The notes below the pieces were generated by a model. That model worked only from the letters and a program-made list of their open reading frames with translations, had not been told where the DNA came from and did no database searches. Made by a program: the position numbers and the translations under genes. Below are positions 1 through 10,485 of a stretch of 64,000 nt of DNA, piece after piece. The stretch lies in IMG/VR virus record IMGVR_UViG_3300021256_000055, positions 7,124 through 71,123 of that record. The stretch is one strand, 5' to 3'. This stretch comes from a virus. Taxonomy: Duplodnaviria; Heunggongvirae; Uroviricota; Caudoviricetes. How positions within the stretch are numbered: position 1 is the stretch's first letter; the number at the start of each line of letters is the position of its first letter.

Positions 1-1417
1 AAATAATCCAGTCACCATTAGTGATATATTTCTTTCCGTCTACTTCAGCAAGACCAGAACCTTCAATAGTTCCATTTTCTACAAGAGCTGTAATATCCCA
101 TTTATAAGCTGTATTAGAGAAAATCCAATAGTCACCCTTTACAAGGCCACGAGCTGGGTCTACATCATCCGCATCATTATCAACAGATGTTTTATCAGCA
201 GCAGTTGGGAGTACAAATCCCGCATATGCCTTAGAGCCATCTGTAAGAGTTACTACATCTGCAGCAGCTGGTGTAGTACCACCATTATATGTGCTCTGAT
301 ATTCCATTGCACCGATAATAGTGTCTGGAAGTTCAGAAATCAAAAGCTTACCAGTATTTGGGTCTAAATCTGCTTTAGTCTTAAATGCTGCTTGTAAAGC
401 TTCTTTAACATTTGTAATTTCTTCGTTACCATATACATGGTCACCATGTTCAGAGCGTGGAAGATCATTTTTAGTAATATAAATTTTAGCTGGGTCATGA
501 GTACCACCAGGAACATGAGTAAGAATAACATCTTTTGCTTCAAGTTTTAACTCATTTGGATTAGATGCACTAATCTTTGCTCTTTCTGACCATTTTTTAG
601 TAGTAGTAACTGTTAAGAAGTCACCTTCTTCGTAGTCTTTACCATCAATTGTACACTCAGCTTCAATTAACCAAACGGTACCTTCTACTTCGCCTAAGTC
701 TTTTCCAGTATCTAAAGTTTTAGTTGTACCATCAGCTTTAACTACGCTAAATGTAAACTTATCACCAGTAACTAATGTGAGCTTATCACCTTTAGTATAA
801 TCGTCTTTATCAACGAGAACACCCATATAAGCAAGTTTCTGGCTATCAAGAGCAACAATAGCATCTTGTACATTTGTTGCGCCAGCTGCATTTGGTGCCT
901 GAGTTACTTTATTATAAAAGTCTGAATCTTTAGCTGTACCACCTGCATTATTAATCTTTACCCATTTATAACCGGACCAGATAATAATGTCACCAGACTT
1001 AATTTCTGGTGTAGAACCTTCATCAGTTCCATCAGAGTGTAAGTTTTCAAACTTTACAGCATCATCCATGCTAACCTGGATATCTTGATCAGCAATATAC
1101 ATTGCGCCTGTAGTTGGGTTAGCAGGTATGCTCTTAATTTTGTATCCAGGAACGTCGTGCTGTGCGTGTGTATCAAAAAATCCTATAGGATTAGTTGTAC
1201 CGATCTTTTTATAAGCGCCATTTGGCCCACCAATAATATTGTTATTGGCGTCTTTCTGTTCAATGGATTTCCATTCATAATTACCATCACCACCAGTACC
1301 AATATAAAGCTGATAACCAGTTCCTGGTGTGGTATCAAGAAAATACTCACCGGCAAGTAAAGGCAAGGCTGCTTGTCTTGTCGCTATCTCACCACGTGCA
1401 ATTTGTATACGCTGCAT
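1..1417 (-). CDS. Virion/tail-fibre-like protein, 3'-partial (runs off the window start); paralogue of 1464..4307
   Basis: Not in the ORF track because there is no stop in the window. Manual translation from ATG at 1417 (SD AGGAG upstream) gives MQRIQIARGEIATRQ...ATNVQDAIVALDSQKLAYMG...KADLDPNTGKLLISELPDTIIGAMEYQ...NGDWII. This matches motifs of the 947-aa neighbour (RIEIARG, ATNVQDAIDELEYEKLSYRG, KAQLDSSGKVPLSQLHDTVLGNLQY, SGDWIVY). Confidence 0.8.
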   Translation of the reverse strand, partial: MQRIQIARGEIATRQAALPLLAGEYFLDTTPGTGYQLYIGTGGDGNYEWKSIEQKDANNNIIGGPNGAYKKIGTTNPIGFFDTHAQHDVPGYKIKSIPANPTTGAMYIADQDIQVSMDDAVKFENLHSDGTDEGSTPEIKSGDIIIWSGYKWVKINNAGGTAKDSDFYNKVTQAPNAAGATNVQDAIVALDSQKLAYMGVLVDKDDYTKGDKLTLVTGDKFTFSVVKADGTTKTLDTGKDLGEVEGTVWLIEAECTIDGKDYEEGDFLTVTTTKKWSERAKISASNPNELKLEAKDVILTHVPGGTHDPAKIYITKNDLPRSEHGDHVYGNEEITNVKEALQAAFKTKADLDPNTGKLLISELPDTIIGAMEYQSTYNGGTTPAAADVVTLTDGSKAYAGFVLPTAADKTSVDNDADDVDPARGLVKGDYWIFSNTAYKWDITALVENGTIEGSGLAEVDGKKYITNGDWII

Positions 1418-1463
1418 TATATATATTCTCCTAATATTTGTTTCTTTTTATAAAATTAGTAGG

Positions 1464-4307
1464 CTACTGCCAAATTCCACCATCTATTCTACTATTAGAT
1501 GTAAGTAAAACACCTGATGTTGCTGGTAAGTCTACATGTACATCCGCTAGTGGATTTAATTCTTCAGTATAAGGATTTCTATACTGTGAATCGCTTTCAA
1601 ATACTCTTTCAGAATGAATAAAGACATTATTAGCATTTGCATTAGCAAAAATTTCATCTCCTGTAATGAGGAGATTTTTTGCTTGCTCTACATGTAATTC
1701 GCCTTCTTTACCAACTGAAAGTTTACCAATTACTAAATCTGTTTCTACAACAGTATCTTCTTCCTCATATTCTCCATTATCCTGTAATGTTTTTTTATAA
1801 GTTTCAAGATACTCTACATCTGATTCAGATTTAACAGACGAAGTTTTCATCATTGTATTAAATAATGCATTTGCAGTCTGTCGTATATTTGAATCAATTA
1901 GTGTTGATCTAGGCTTACCATCTACAATAAGCTCTGGACCAAAAATAGATAAGCGTTTTTCAGTTCCATGTATCTGGTCATTAATATCTGTATCAGTAAT
2001 TAATGTGCCGCTTCTACTAGGAAGGTAAATAAGAATATTTGCAACTTGATACTCATTTGCAAATACACTTGCTTTATATTCTTCTGTAGGTAAATGGCCA
2101 TCTACAAATCTATCATCCGTACCACTTATAGGAGAAGGATTGCCATCCTTATCATAAGATAGTACTTTTTTCTGACCAAAAACAATGTGTCTTATTTCTG
2201 CATTATTTACAGAAAGTGTTGGTGCATGTATTTCTAAGGAATCTACATCTTCATCAGAATAATATTGGTTACCCGATTCATCTAGTTTATGATTACTATT
2301 AGGTACCATATGCTCTTCAATAGATGTATTATCAATATAACCATTCTGGGTAGACTTTGTAATACGTCCACTTATTAAATCTACACCTTTAAGCTTACCT
2401 ATAATAGTTGAACTATATTCTGGTAAGAATACTTGTGAGCCAGGAAAATAATTTGGCTGAACTCTAAGGTCAAGCTCTCTCAAGTCAGTTGTTAAAGTTG
2501 TATCTTTTGCTTGGAAGAACTTTATTCTTGTATCTTTATATCCTACTGTATTTGCATCAAGATGGGGGAAAATGCTAATATCGCCATGTACTTCTGTTTC
2601 AAAAGTATGCGCGTTATCGCCAACGGAAACATTACTATGGAATAATGTGAGCTCTCCCTTATCTTTATCTTTATAATTATAAATTGTAGAATTTTCTAAC
2701 TCATTTTTATTTTCTGTATATCTTGGGAGAACGGTTGCTCGTCCATCCTCATCCAATTTCTGACTTACTAATCGTACACCCGCAACTGTAATAGTTGAGC
2801 CATTTTCCCATAATACCAGTTTATCACTAGCTGCAAGAGTTGGAGTACCAATCCTAGATTCAGTGTGCGGAGTAGGCGTTACTAATGCTTCACCAGTATT
2901 ATGTTCACCATTTATTTCAAAATTTAAGGCGGTAATACGATCGGTATTATCAATTTTTGACCAATGGTAATCATTTTTATCATTACCATCAACGCTAGCA
3001 TCTGATATTGGCGATTTAGAATATACAATCCAGTCACCAGAATTTAATTCGATATATCTGCTATAAAGGCCTGTTTTTGGGTTTAAACTAGTTTTATCTG
3101 CATATTGAACATTATAGCCAGAAGTCTGAATAATATAGTAGTCACCATTATGTGGCATGGATGGCTTACCATCTTCACCTGAGCCATCTGTATCTATTCC
3201 AGCTGGCCAATCATTCTGGTAGGCGGGGTTATTTACACCTTCGGTATTATCAAGAGCTAATGGATTCCAAATACCACAATATTGAAGATTACCTAAAACA
3301 GTATCATGTAACTGACTTAAAGGAACTTTTCCAGAAGAGTCTAACTGTGCTTTATTTGCGAGAATAAAATCTAATGCAGCTTTTACAGTAGTGAGATTAG
3401 AAGTAGCTAATATATGCTGACTATCAAATGTAGTATCACCAGAGTTTGTTGCATTTTGAGAAGCTACTGCTACAGTAGGATCAAAATCTATATCTTCTGA
3501 ATCTGTGTATCCAGATGGTATAATTACCCATCCAATATCTTTATTTACATAATAAGCAAAATCACCTTTTTTGATGTCTCTGCTTGGTACATTTTCTGGT
3601 TTATTAAAATTAAATTGGAGACCATCTGTTACAATAAGCCAAAGCGTACCAATATCAGGTTGTAAACCGTTTACTTGTACTTGAGATGATAAGGTTCCTC
3701 TATAAGAGAGCTTCTCATACTCTAATTCATCGATAGCATCTTGAACATTAGTGGCTTCAAAATTATTATTAGTATTATCAAAACGTGTTTGGTATGCATC
3801 ACCACCTGAACAGTCAATTTTAGTATATTCAATATTACTTGAAAGTCCAGTTTTTATATCAAAATCAGCATGGGTTATGAGTAAAATATCATTTTTACGG
3901 AAGTCTCGGTCATTCTTAAATTCTCCACCTTTAGCATCATTAGCAAAGATGAAGAAGTCTCCCGTTCTTACATACTTAAAAGTATCACCAATTACATCGT
4001 TACTTGTGTATATACCTAACTGCTCTGATAATGCACCCTTATATACGAGTGACTTGAAAGTTCTAGTACCCGCAATTGGCAAAGGCTGTTCATTTATAGG
4101 CTGTCCATTTACGTCTCTTTTTAATGACGGATGTCCTATATAAAGAGTACCCTCATCCCAAGGTTTACTCGCATCATCTCTAAAGCCGGTTTCTGAGTTG
4201 TTTGAATCGTTTTTTGCTTGCCAGAAGAGCTCACCTTCTATAAGCTGCTGTCCATTTTCTAGAAACGCACTTAAAGAACCTCTGGCTATCTCAATTCTTG
4301 AAGCCAC
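1464..4307 (-). CDS. Large virion structural/tail-fibre-like protein (947 aa)
   Basis: Long ORF with GTG start, GGAG SD and upstream ACTAATT motif. Contains LDSSGKVPLSQL and G.W....GDYY/GDW motifs typical of phage fibre proteins. Confidence 0.7.
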   Translation of the reverse strand: MASRIEIARGSLSAFLENGQQLIEGELFWQAKNDSNNSETGFRDDASKPWDEGTLYIGHPSLKRDVNGQPINEQPLPIAGTRTFKSLVYKGALSEQLGIYTSNDVIGDTFKYVRTGDFFIFANDAKGGEFKNDRDFRKNDILLITHADFDIKTGLSSNIEYTKIDCSGGDAYQTRFDNTNNNFEATNVQDAIDELEYEKLSYRGTLSSQVQVNGLQPDIGTLWLIVTDGLQFNFNKPENVPSRDIKKGDFAYYVNKDIGWVIIPSGYTDSEDIDFDPTVAVASQNATNSGDTTFDSQHILATSNLTTVKAALDFILANKAQLDSSGKVPLSQLHDTVLGNLQYCGIWNPLALDNTEGVNNPAYQNDWPAGIDTDGSGEDGKPSMPHNGDYYIIQTSGYNVQYADKTSLNPKTGLYSRYIELNSGDWIVYSKSPISDASVDGNDKNDYHWSKIDNTDRITALNFEINGEHNTGEALVTPTPHTESRIGTPTLAASDKLVLWENGSTITVAGVRLVSQKLDEDGRATVLPRYTENKNELENSTIYNYKDKDKGELTLFHSNVSVGDNAHTFETEVHGDISIFPHLDANTVGYKDTRIKFFQAKDTTLTTDLRELDLRVQPNYFPGSQVFLPEYSSTIIGKLKGVDLISGRITKSTQNGYIDNTSIEEHMVPNSNHKLDESGNQYYSDEDVDSLEIHAPTLSVNNAEIRHIVFGQKKVLSYDKDGNPSPISGTDDRFVDGHLPTEEYKASVFANEYQVANILIYLPSRSGTLITDTDINDQIHGTEKRLSIFGPELIVDGKPRSTLIDSNIRQTANALFNTMMKTSSVKSESDVEYLETYKKTLQDNGEYEEEDTVVETDLVIGKLSVGKEGELHVEQAKNLLITGDEIFANANANNVFIHSERVFESDSQYRNPYTEELNPLADVHVDLPATSGVLLTSNSRIDGGIWQ

Positions 4308-4348
4308 TTAATTTTTCTCCATTTTCTTTATTAAGAAATTAGTAGATC

Positions 4349-6421
4349 TTATACATTGAATACAATTTTAATACCAGAGAACTTTATTCCGGAATCTTTA
4401 TTAATACCAATCGTAATGTCAAGCTTTCCAGCTAATGGTTCATTACCAAATGTAATATATTTTGTATTTGTATCACTTGACTGTACTACTAGACAGCCAT
4501 CATTATTTTCACGAGGTAACAAAACTCCTTCATAAGGAGTAGACATATTTAGCCAACCAGTTTCATGCTCTACTATACATCTAAATTGTGCAATATTACT
4601 AAAAGCATGAGTATCTCTATCTGATATAACATTCTCAGAATCTTCTAAAGAAATCCAGAAGCCATTGCAAAATGGCATATCATAAGAGAAGGTTACATAT
4701 CTTGTACTATTTTCAAGATTAGAATAATCTGGGCCTGATGGTATATCAATAGATATGGTATCCGTTAAATTTAGTTCGGTGAAATTACCATTATTTGTAT
4801 AATTGCCAGACGGCCACTGATATTTGCCATTTAGCATTTGTAATTCGAAAGTCTTCTCTAAAGACTCTTCTGCGGTTATATCAGTCCAGTCTTCTGCTGT
4901 ATAATCAATATCATTAAAATTATATGGTGAAATTTTTCTATCAGACTCATTGCTTATTGTATCTATACGGATATTATAAACTTTATCACTTCTAATATTA
5001 TCTTCAAGTGCAACGTTATTTCCAATAATAGCAACCTTAAACAGCTCACAAGATATATTTTCTGGAATAATAATTTTTCTATCTATAAATTGTGTAGGGT
5101 ACAACTCATTATAAACTTTATCTGATAGAAGAAGCTCATCATAAAAATCATTAATAGATAATTTACCACTAAAGTCATTTTTAAAAAGAGCAACATCTTT
5201 AAGATTAAAGCCGTAATTAAAAGATGCATCCTTTTTAAGTGTTGGTACACCAGATACATATTTAATAGGACTTTCTGAGTTAGTACCGTATTTTAGTTGA
5301 CTTATACGATAAGTTCCAATATATGGCCGCTCAATTTTATTTTCAAAACCAATAGTTATTGGATTACTTGAAATTTTTATGAAGTCATAATATGTATAAC
5401 AATATAATGTAATAAAAGGCTCATCAACGCTTATAAGTGATTTAATTGCGTCCTCTGGAAGAGTAATATATGAATTTATAGATTTATAAAACTTACTTGC
5501 AACCTTACTAGTTCTATATGGGTCAACAACTGATGTTACAGTCCAATAATCATAAATACTTGGACCGCCTACTTTATTCAAATCTACGTCAACTATATCA
5601 AATCCATTTACGTTAATATGGAAAGTTCCTCTGCCAGGATTATAAAATTGTGGTATATGAATCTTATAGTCTTCTCCGAAAAATACAACTGGCATTTTTA
5701 CTTCAGAATTCCATGGTGAAGCATAAATGTCTCTTTCATATTCAAGTGATAAATCTGCATTATCTAATGTAGGCGGAATTTCAGGTATAAGCTTTTCAAC
5801 TATATTAGATATATCACCAGTCATGGCGTCTACATATTTTTTAGTAGCAATGTCTTGGTCCTGGGTTGGATTATAAGTATCTATCATTTGAACAGAGCCG
5901 TCAGACCTTAAGAATGACTCCTCTGCTTTTCTACCTACATATCTATAAAAACTTATTTTAGGATTTTCTAAATAACCCTCTGGCCAGCCACCTAAAAATG
6001 TAATTTCCCCATTATCTGGATCAATTACCCATTGATTGAGACCAAATGGAATTACTTCGCCATTCCAATCTGTTAAAGTTATACTATATCCAGTACCATA
6101 AGATGGGAATATTGAGTCAATTAAATAAACACTTTTATATGTAGCATTAGTTCCATCTACTTTATCTAATGCGATATTCTCTAACTTTTGGAGTATCTTT
6201 AGCCTGCTTGACCCTACGTTTACATAATAAAATCCGTCATCTTCTACATCAGGCGCGTTAATAGGAATATATTTAGAATCTGTCCAAATAGCGTCTAGGT
6301 CCACCCTATGTGCAATTCTACCAGGTTCTTCATAAAATGCTATACCATTCCCAGTATGAGGTTTATCTACCGTATGCTTATATGCAGACTCTGCTATGAA
6401 TTTTGCGTATACACTACTCAT
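4349..6421 (-). CDS. Putative virion structural protein (690 aa); C-terminal half paralogous to 6414..8990
   Basis: Long ORF overlapping the upstream gene stop. Shares (Y/F)VSGV, GPDYS, W.N...P(Y/F).G and Y(I/V)TFG motifs with the upstream gene. Confidence 0.65.
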   Translation of the reverse strand: MSSVYAKFIAESAYKHTVDKPHTGNGIAFYEEPGRIAHRVDLDAIWTDSKYIPINAPDVEDDGFYYVNVGSSRLKILQKLENIALDKVDGTNATYKSVYLIDSIFPSYGTGYSITLTDWNGEVIPFGLNQWVIDPDNGEITFLGGWPEGYLENPKISFYRYVGRKAEESFLRSDGSVQMIDTYNPTQDQDIATKKYVDAMTGDISNIVEKLIPEIPPTLDNADLSLEYERDIYASPWNSEVKMPVVFFGEDYKIHIPQFYNPGRGTFHINVNGFDIVDVDLNKVGGPSIYDYWTVTSVVDPYRTSKVASKFYKSINSYITLPEDAIKSLISVDEPFITLYCYTYYDFIKISSNPITIGFENKIERPYIGTYRISQLKYGTNSESPIKYVSGVPTLKKDASFNYGFNLKDVALFKNDFSGKLSINDFYDELLLSDKVYNELYPTQFIDRKIIIPENISCELFKVAIIGNNVALEDNIRSDKVYNIRIDTISNESDRKISPYNFNDIDYTAEDWTDITAEESLEKTFELQMLNGKYQWPSGNYTNNGNFTELNLTDTISIDIPSGPDYSNLENSTRYVTFSYDMPFCNGFWISLEDSENVISDRDTHAFSNIAQFRCIVEHETGWLNMSTPYEGVLLPRENNDGCLVVQSSDTNTKYITFGNEPLAGKLDITIGINKDSGIKFSGIKIVFNV

Positions 6422-8990
6422 TTATCGACTCCAAAATAGAATTTACTAAAGTTTTACAATTTATATCTTTATTGGCGCTAATACCAATTTTTACAAAAAT
6501 ATAACCACTCTTAATATTTGGTCTTTGTCCAAAGGTTACGTATCGTCTAATATTATCTGACCTAAATAAATCAAGACCAGAAAAGTTAATACCTGATGCG
6601 GTAGAACAACCATCGAATGGTACATTTCCGTTTACCCATACCTCAGGTACTAATGTCTCCGATTGTCCAACATAGATTTTAATATCATTAAGTGTGCCGT
6701 TCTTATTTTTTGAGTAAGACTTTTCCTTACTGTCAATAATATCCATATAAATATTATTTCTAAACTTTGAAGGAAATACAAAATTTATCCATACAAAGTT
6801 TGATTCTGTAGTATTTACGGAATAGTCCGGGCCTAGACCTACTTTACTATAATTTGTATCATCAAATCTAGCGATATTATTACGTAATACCATCTCTAAT
6901 AAAGGAACTTTGTTCTCCGGATGATAGCTCTCAAAAGAACTGTTATAGATAGGTATCTCGGTATCTTCTATAGATGCATCATTTGATGGTATATATCTAT
7001 ATTTTTCTTCATCTACTTCTGTAATATCAAAAATTAAGTGAGGTATATGTAATACAACTTTTGCAGTTTGGTCATTATTATAATTATATACTCCAAACAC
7101 AAAGTTTTTATCTATATCTTTCTCTGAGATGGTTAACTCAAAATCAGCACCAATACAGTGATTATTTAAAACTTCAGTTTCAAGTGGTAAAATTGTATCA
7201 TCACTTATAAGCTTAATGTTATTTATAGGCGCATAAATAGAATCATATGAATGTGCTGCAATAAGCTTACCAGTTACTTTACCATCACCTTGATAAATAT
7301 TTACACCTGAAACAAATTTATTTGGGGCTAGATTATTTAATACGGAAAAATCTAATGTAGGCGTAATTTTTTTATAAATATTTACATCTATAGGATAGGT
7401 TGTATGATGGCCTTCTGGTAATGTATGTACAAATCGAATAGTATGTTTACCCTCTTCTAATTCTTCGGTTGTTGTATAAGCTAATACTATGGATTTATAA
7501 AAACCCTGAAATGAAACTGAGTCGGGGTAAGAATCAGAAATTGAGATTACTTCAAAATTGTCAGATTTTGAACCTGGAGTATTACTTCCATTAAGTATTA
7601 TACTACCCATAGGCTTATCATCTACATAAGCAGTAATAAAGCCTTTATTATATGGATAGATTGGAGTAGATGTTATTATGGCTTGAGTACCAGCAGTTAG
7701 AACTTTTTTTGTAGCAATTTCCAGCACATTTTGCTCATTTTTATATTCTGCTAGTAAATGAACAGTTTCTGCTTTAGCTGGTTCATTTGGTACTACCTTA
7801 CCTACCATGCTTTCGGTATATTCTACTCTTTCAGTTATATCTTTTATTATTTCTGAAATTTTTTCAATAGAATAACCAACTGTAAAGTTTGTTAGGTCTA
7901 TTGCGCCTTTTGTATAATCAACGTTAGTATCGCCCTGTATTGGTTGGTCAGACGCCCATGTATCAGCTTTAGCTTTATTGAGGTCTTTAATATCATCCAT
8001 TACATGGGTGTGCGCTGCGATAGCTGTAGATACCGCGCTTATTGTACCATTATTGTTAATAACAATTGTTTGACCATCAATAGGCAAATCAGTAGCATTT
8101 ACTGTTTTGCGTTCATCTATAAGCTTTATAACAAAATCTTTTAAGTCTACTATTTGGTCTGCAGTATGCTCATGCGTAGCACAACCACCACTGCTAGATA
8201 TTTCACCTTCTGGAGTAACTACAAAATCTGGATTTACTTCAAGCTGGCCATATGCATTAATACGAATAGATGTACCATCTACATTTACATTTAAGAGGGT
8301 TCCACCTTCTACAACTTTAGATTCAAGTCCCGAGTCATCATTTGTAATAACTGCTTGAGACATTAAAGCTGCTTCAATTGCTTCTAATCTTGCAGTTAAA
8401 TCCTCAACCTGTTCTAATGCAATTTTGGCACTATTATTAGTGCTACTATTTCCGCCCTCGCCAGAGCTGCCAATTGCCTGGAGTTCACCAAATTCATTTT
8501 GGTCAATAGTAATACCATCATAATTTACTTCAGCAGAAATAGTCTTTGTATTTGGATCAAATGTAAGTTTTACTGAGCTATCATCATGATTTACAACCAT
8601 TTCTCCAACTACTGATTGTATAAGCTCAATAATATTATCTTTATCTGCTATATCGGATAAATAATGCTTGTGAGGGGGTAAATCATCTTCTTGAAGGTAT
8701 TCTCCCGCAATGATATTACCCTGATTATCTAGTCTTACCTTTGTATAAAAGCCTGGGTCTGGATTATTTGCAGAAGAGGAAGTATTAAATGTAACTATAC
8801 CATTAGTTTTATACCAATTACCAACACCGTCTTTTTTAATATAAACAAGCCAGTCACCTTCATTAAAATTAAGGTTTAAACTCTTATAGGAACCTTTATC
8901 TGTTACGAAATAAAAAGCATAATCTATATCGGCTGGAACTGTTGGTAAAACAAGCTCTAATGGACTCCAAGTGCTAACGATATTACTCAT
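6414..8990 (-). CDS. Putative tail-fibre/virion protein (~858 aa; start moved from TTG 9023 to ATG 8990)
   Basis: His-x-His fibre repeats (HKHYLSDI, HEHTADQI, HTHVMDDI) and repeated (V/Y/I)DG.TI.IN..G.L segments. ATG 8990 lies 5 nt after the ACTAATT motif; TTG 9023 sits in the terminator tail. Confidence 0.7.
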   Translation of the reverse strand: MSNIVSTWSPLELVLPTVPADIDYAFYFVTDKGSYKSLNLNFNEGDWLVYIKKDGVGNWYKTNGIVTFNTSSSANNPDPGFYTKVRLDNQGNIIAGEYLQEDDLPPHKHYLSDIADKDNIIELIQSVVGEMVVNHDDSSVKLTFDPNTKTISAEVNYDGITIDQNEFGELQAIGSSGEGGNSSTNNSAKIALEQVEDLTARLEAIEAALMSQAVITNDDSGLESKVVEGGTLLNVNVDGTSIRINAYGQLEVNPDFVVTPEGEISSSGGCATHEHTADQIVDLKDFVIKLIDERKTVNATDLPIDGQTIVINNNGTISAVSTAIAAHTHVMDDIKDLNKAKADTWASDQPIQGDTNVDYTKGAIDLTNFTVGYSIEKISEIIKDITERVEYTESMVGKVVPNEPAKAETVHLLAEYKNEQNVLEIATKKVLTAGTQAIITSTPIYPYNKGFITAYVDDKPMGSIILNGSNTPGSKSDNFEVISISDSYPDSVSFQGFYKSIVLAYTTTEELEEGKHTIRFVHTLPEGHHTTYPIDVNIYKKITPTLDFSVLNNLAPNKFVSGVNIYQGDGKVTGKLIAAHSYDSIYAPINNIKLISDDTILPLETEVLNNHCIGADFELTISEKDIDKNFVFGVYNYNNDQTAKVVLHIPHLIFDITEVDEEKYRYIPSNDASIEDTEIPIYNSSFESYHPENKVPLLEMVLRNNIARFDDTNYSKVGLGPDYSVNTTESNFVWINFVFPSKFRNNIYMDIIDSKEKSYSKNKNGTLNDIKIYVGQSETLVPEVWVNGNVPFDGCSTASGINFSGLDLFRSDNIRRYVTFGQRPNIKSGYIFVKIGISANKDINCKTLVNSILESINE

Positions 8991-9021
8991 ACAAAAATTA
9001 GTAAGTAATACCTTAACAGGC

Positions 9022-9050
9022 AAAAAAAAATGGTATCCTTACGGATACCA
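9022..9050 (-). terminator. Intrinsic terminator after pnuC
   Basis: TGGTATCC-TTAC-GGATACCA hairpin followed by a T9 tract on the minus strand. Confidence 0.8.
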
Positions 9051-9076
9051 TATAATTTATAATAAAAAGTTAACAA

Positions 9077-9814
9077 CTAGTTAATTTTTTTGTAATCTTC
9101 ATAAACTGCTGATTTATGCCAAAGAATGAAGCCATATATACAATTAATACACCAAAAAACAAATTGTGCTGTCATTACCCAAGAACCAGCTCTGATGGCA
9201 AGAACAACTGAGCCAATGTCAAGAATAAGCCAATAAATCCACTGTTCACGGAAACCAAGTACCATAAATACCTGAGCAATATATGCTGGAACAGAAGTAA
9301 TGCTATCTACAAATGGCTGGCTATCAAGTGCGCCAAACATTGGAACATTTTTAAGGAAAATCCAATATCCAATTGTACCTACTACAAAAATCAAAGCTGT
9401 AATAAGATTTCCTTTCCAACCAAGCTTTTTAGCTTTAATTTCAATAGTCCTAGCATTTTCTTTTCGACGATAATTCTTAGCCCAAATAATAAGACCAATT
9501 ACCATTGAAGTTGCGTACATAATATTTTCAATAAACTCTCCCCAGAGATGCTGAGGCAAAGCAAAACAAAATACATATGTAAATAATTGAATATAACCAA
9601 ACACATAAAAAGAAATTTTTCCCTGTGAACAAAGAACAACCGAAATTACACCTGAAAGACCAGAAATAATCAATCCTACACTATCGGGATTACCAGTGGC
9701 AAAACCAATTGCAATACCAATAATTTGCAATGTAAGACCAATTACAAACATTGCCCAATCCAATGGTTTTTTACCATTGATAAACTCTTCCTTTAGAAGT
9801 TCTCTAAATTTCAT
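9077..9814 (-). CDS. pnuC: Nicotinamide riboside transporter PnuC family
   Basis: About 7 hydrophobic helices, SVVLCSQGK, DSITSV...AQVFMVLGFREQWIYWLILD motif, GFILW at the C-terminus. In an operon with a NadR-like gene. Confidence 0.85.
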   Translation of the reverse strand: MKFRELLKEEFINGKKPLDWAMFVIGLTLQIIGIAIGFATGNPDSVGLIISGLSGVISVVLCSQGKISFYVFGYIQLFTYVFCFALPQHLWGEFIENIMYATSMVIGLIIWAKNYRRKENARTIEIKAKKLGWKGNLITALIFVVGTIGYWIFLKNVPMFGALDSQPFVDSITSVPAYIAQVFMVLGFREQWIYWLILDIGSVVLAIRAGSWVMTAQFVFWCINCIYGFILWHKSAVYEDYKKIN

Positions 9815-9829
9815 TTATTACTCCTTTAA

Positions 9830-10471
9830 TTAAAAATCAATACCTTGTTTAATTATTTGAACTTTCGCTTTAGCCCAAGCATACTTATTTATACCATTAA
9901 GTTTTTCCCGTACTTCTTTTTTAGAAAAATAATGATTCGCATCTCTAAAGTTTTTTGAAAATTCTTCTCTAATATCGTCATAATAGCGCTTTTCACCATT
10001 TATGGTACAGGTAATAATATATCTTTCTATACGATCACATTTATCTGCAAAATAACTTGGATATTCAGCTATAGAATCATCTTCGTCACCCCAACAGGTT
10101 CTTACATCTTTATAGCCCATAGACCAAATCTTAAGAAGTCTACATAATTCAGATCTTCTAAAGGTAGTTTTAACAGTAGGCTTTTTATCCCATTTCATTA
10201 AAGGTATTTCACGATAATAATCACAAGTAGGTGTCTCATTATTCATAAAAAATTTATAAATATCTGAAAAATATGTTATTTTTGACCATTCATCTAACTG
10301 AATATCATCAATATCGCCCTTATTTAGGTCATAAATATCTTTACAGGATTTCTTGATAAACTCTAAATCTTTATCCGAGACCAAAATATGTTTTGTATTA
10401 AACACTAAGTTCCCATCACCAATACATCTTGGATTAGTTATTGAAAGTTGTCTAATATTATCCGTTTCCAT
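9830..10471 (-). CDS. Hypothetical protein between nadR and pnuC
   Basis: 213-aa ORF with SD-like AAGGA; no recognisable motif. Confidence 0.65.
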   Translation of the reverse strand: METDNIRQLSITNPRCIGDGNLVFNTKHILVSDKDLEFIKKSCKDIYDLNKGDIDDIQLDEWSKITYFSDIYKFFMNNETPTCDYYREIPLMKWDKKPTVKTTFRRSELCRLLKIWSMGYKDVRTCWGDEDDSIAEYPSYFADKCDRIERYIITCTINGEKRYYDDIREEFSKNFRDANHYFSKKEVREKLNGINKYAWAKAKVQIIKQGIDF

Positions 10472-10485
10472 AAATTGTTCTTTCC

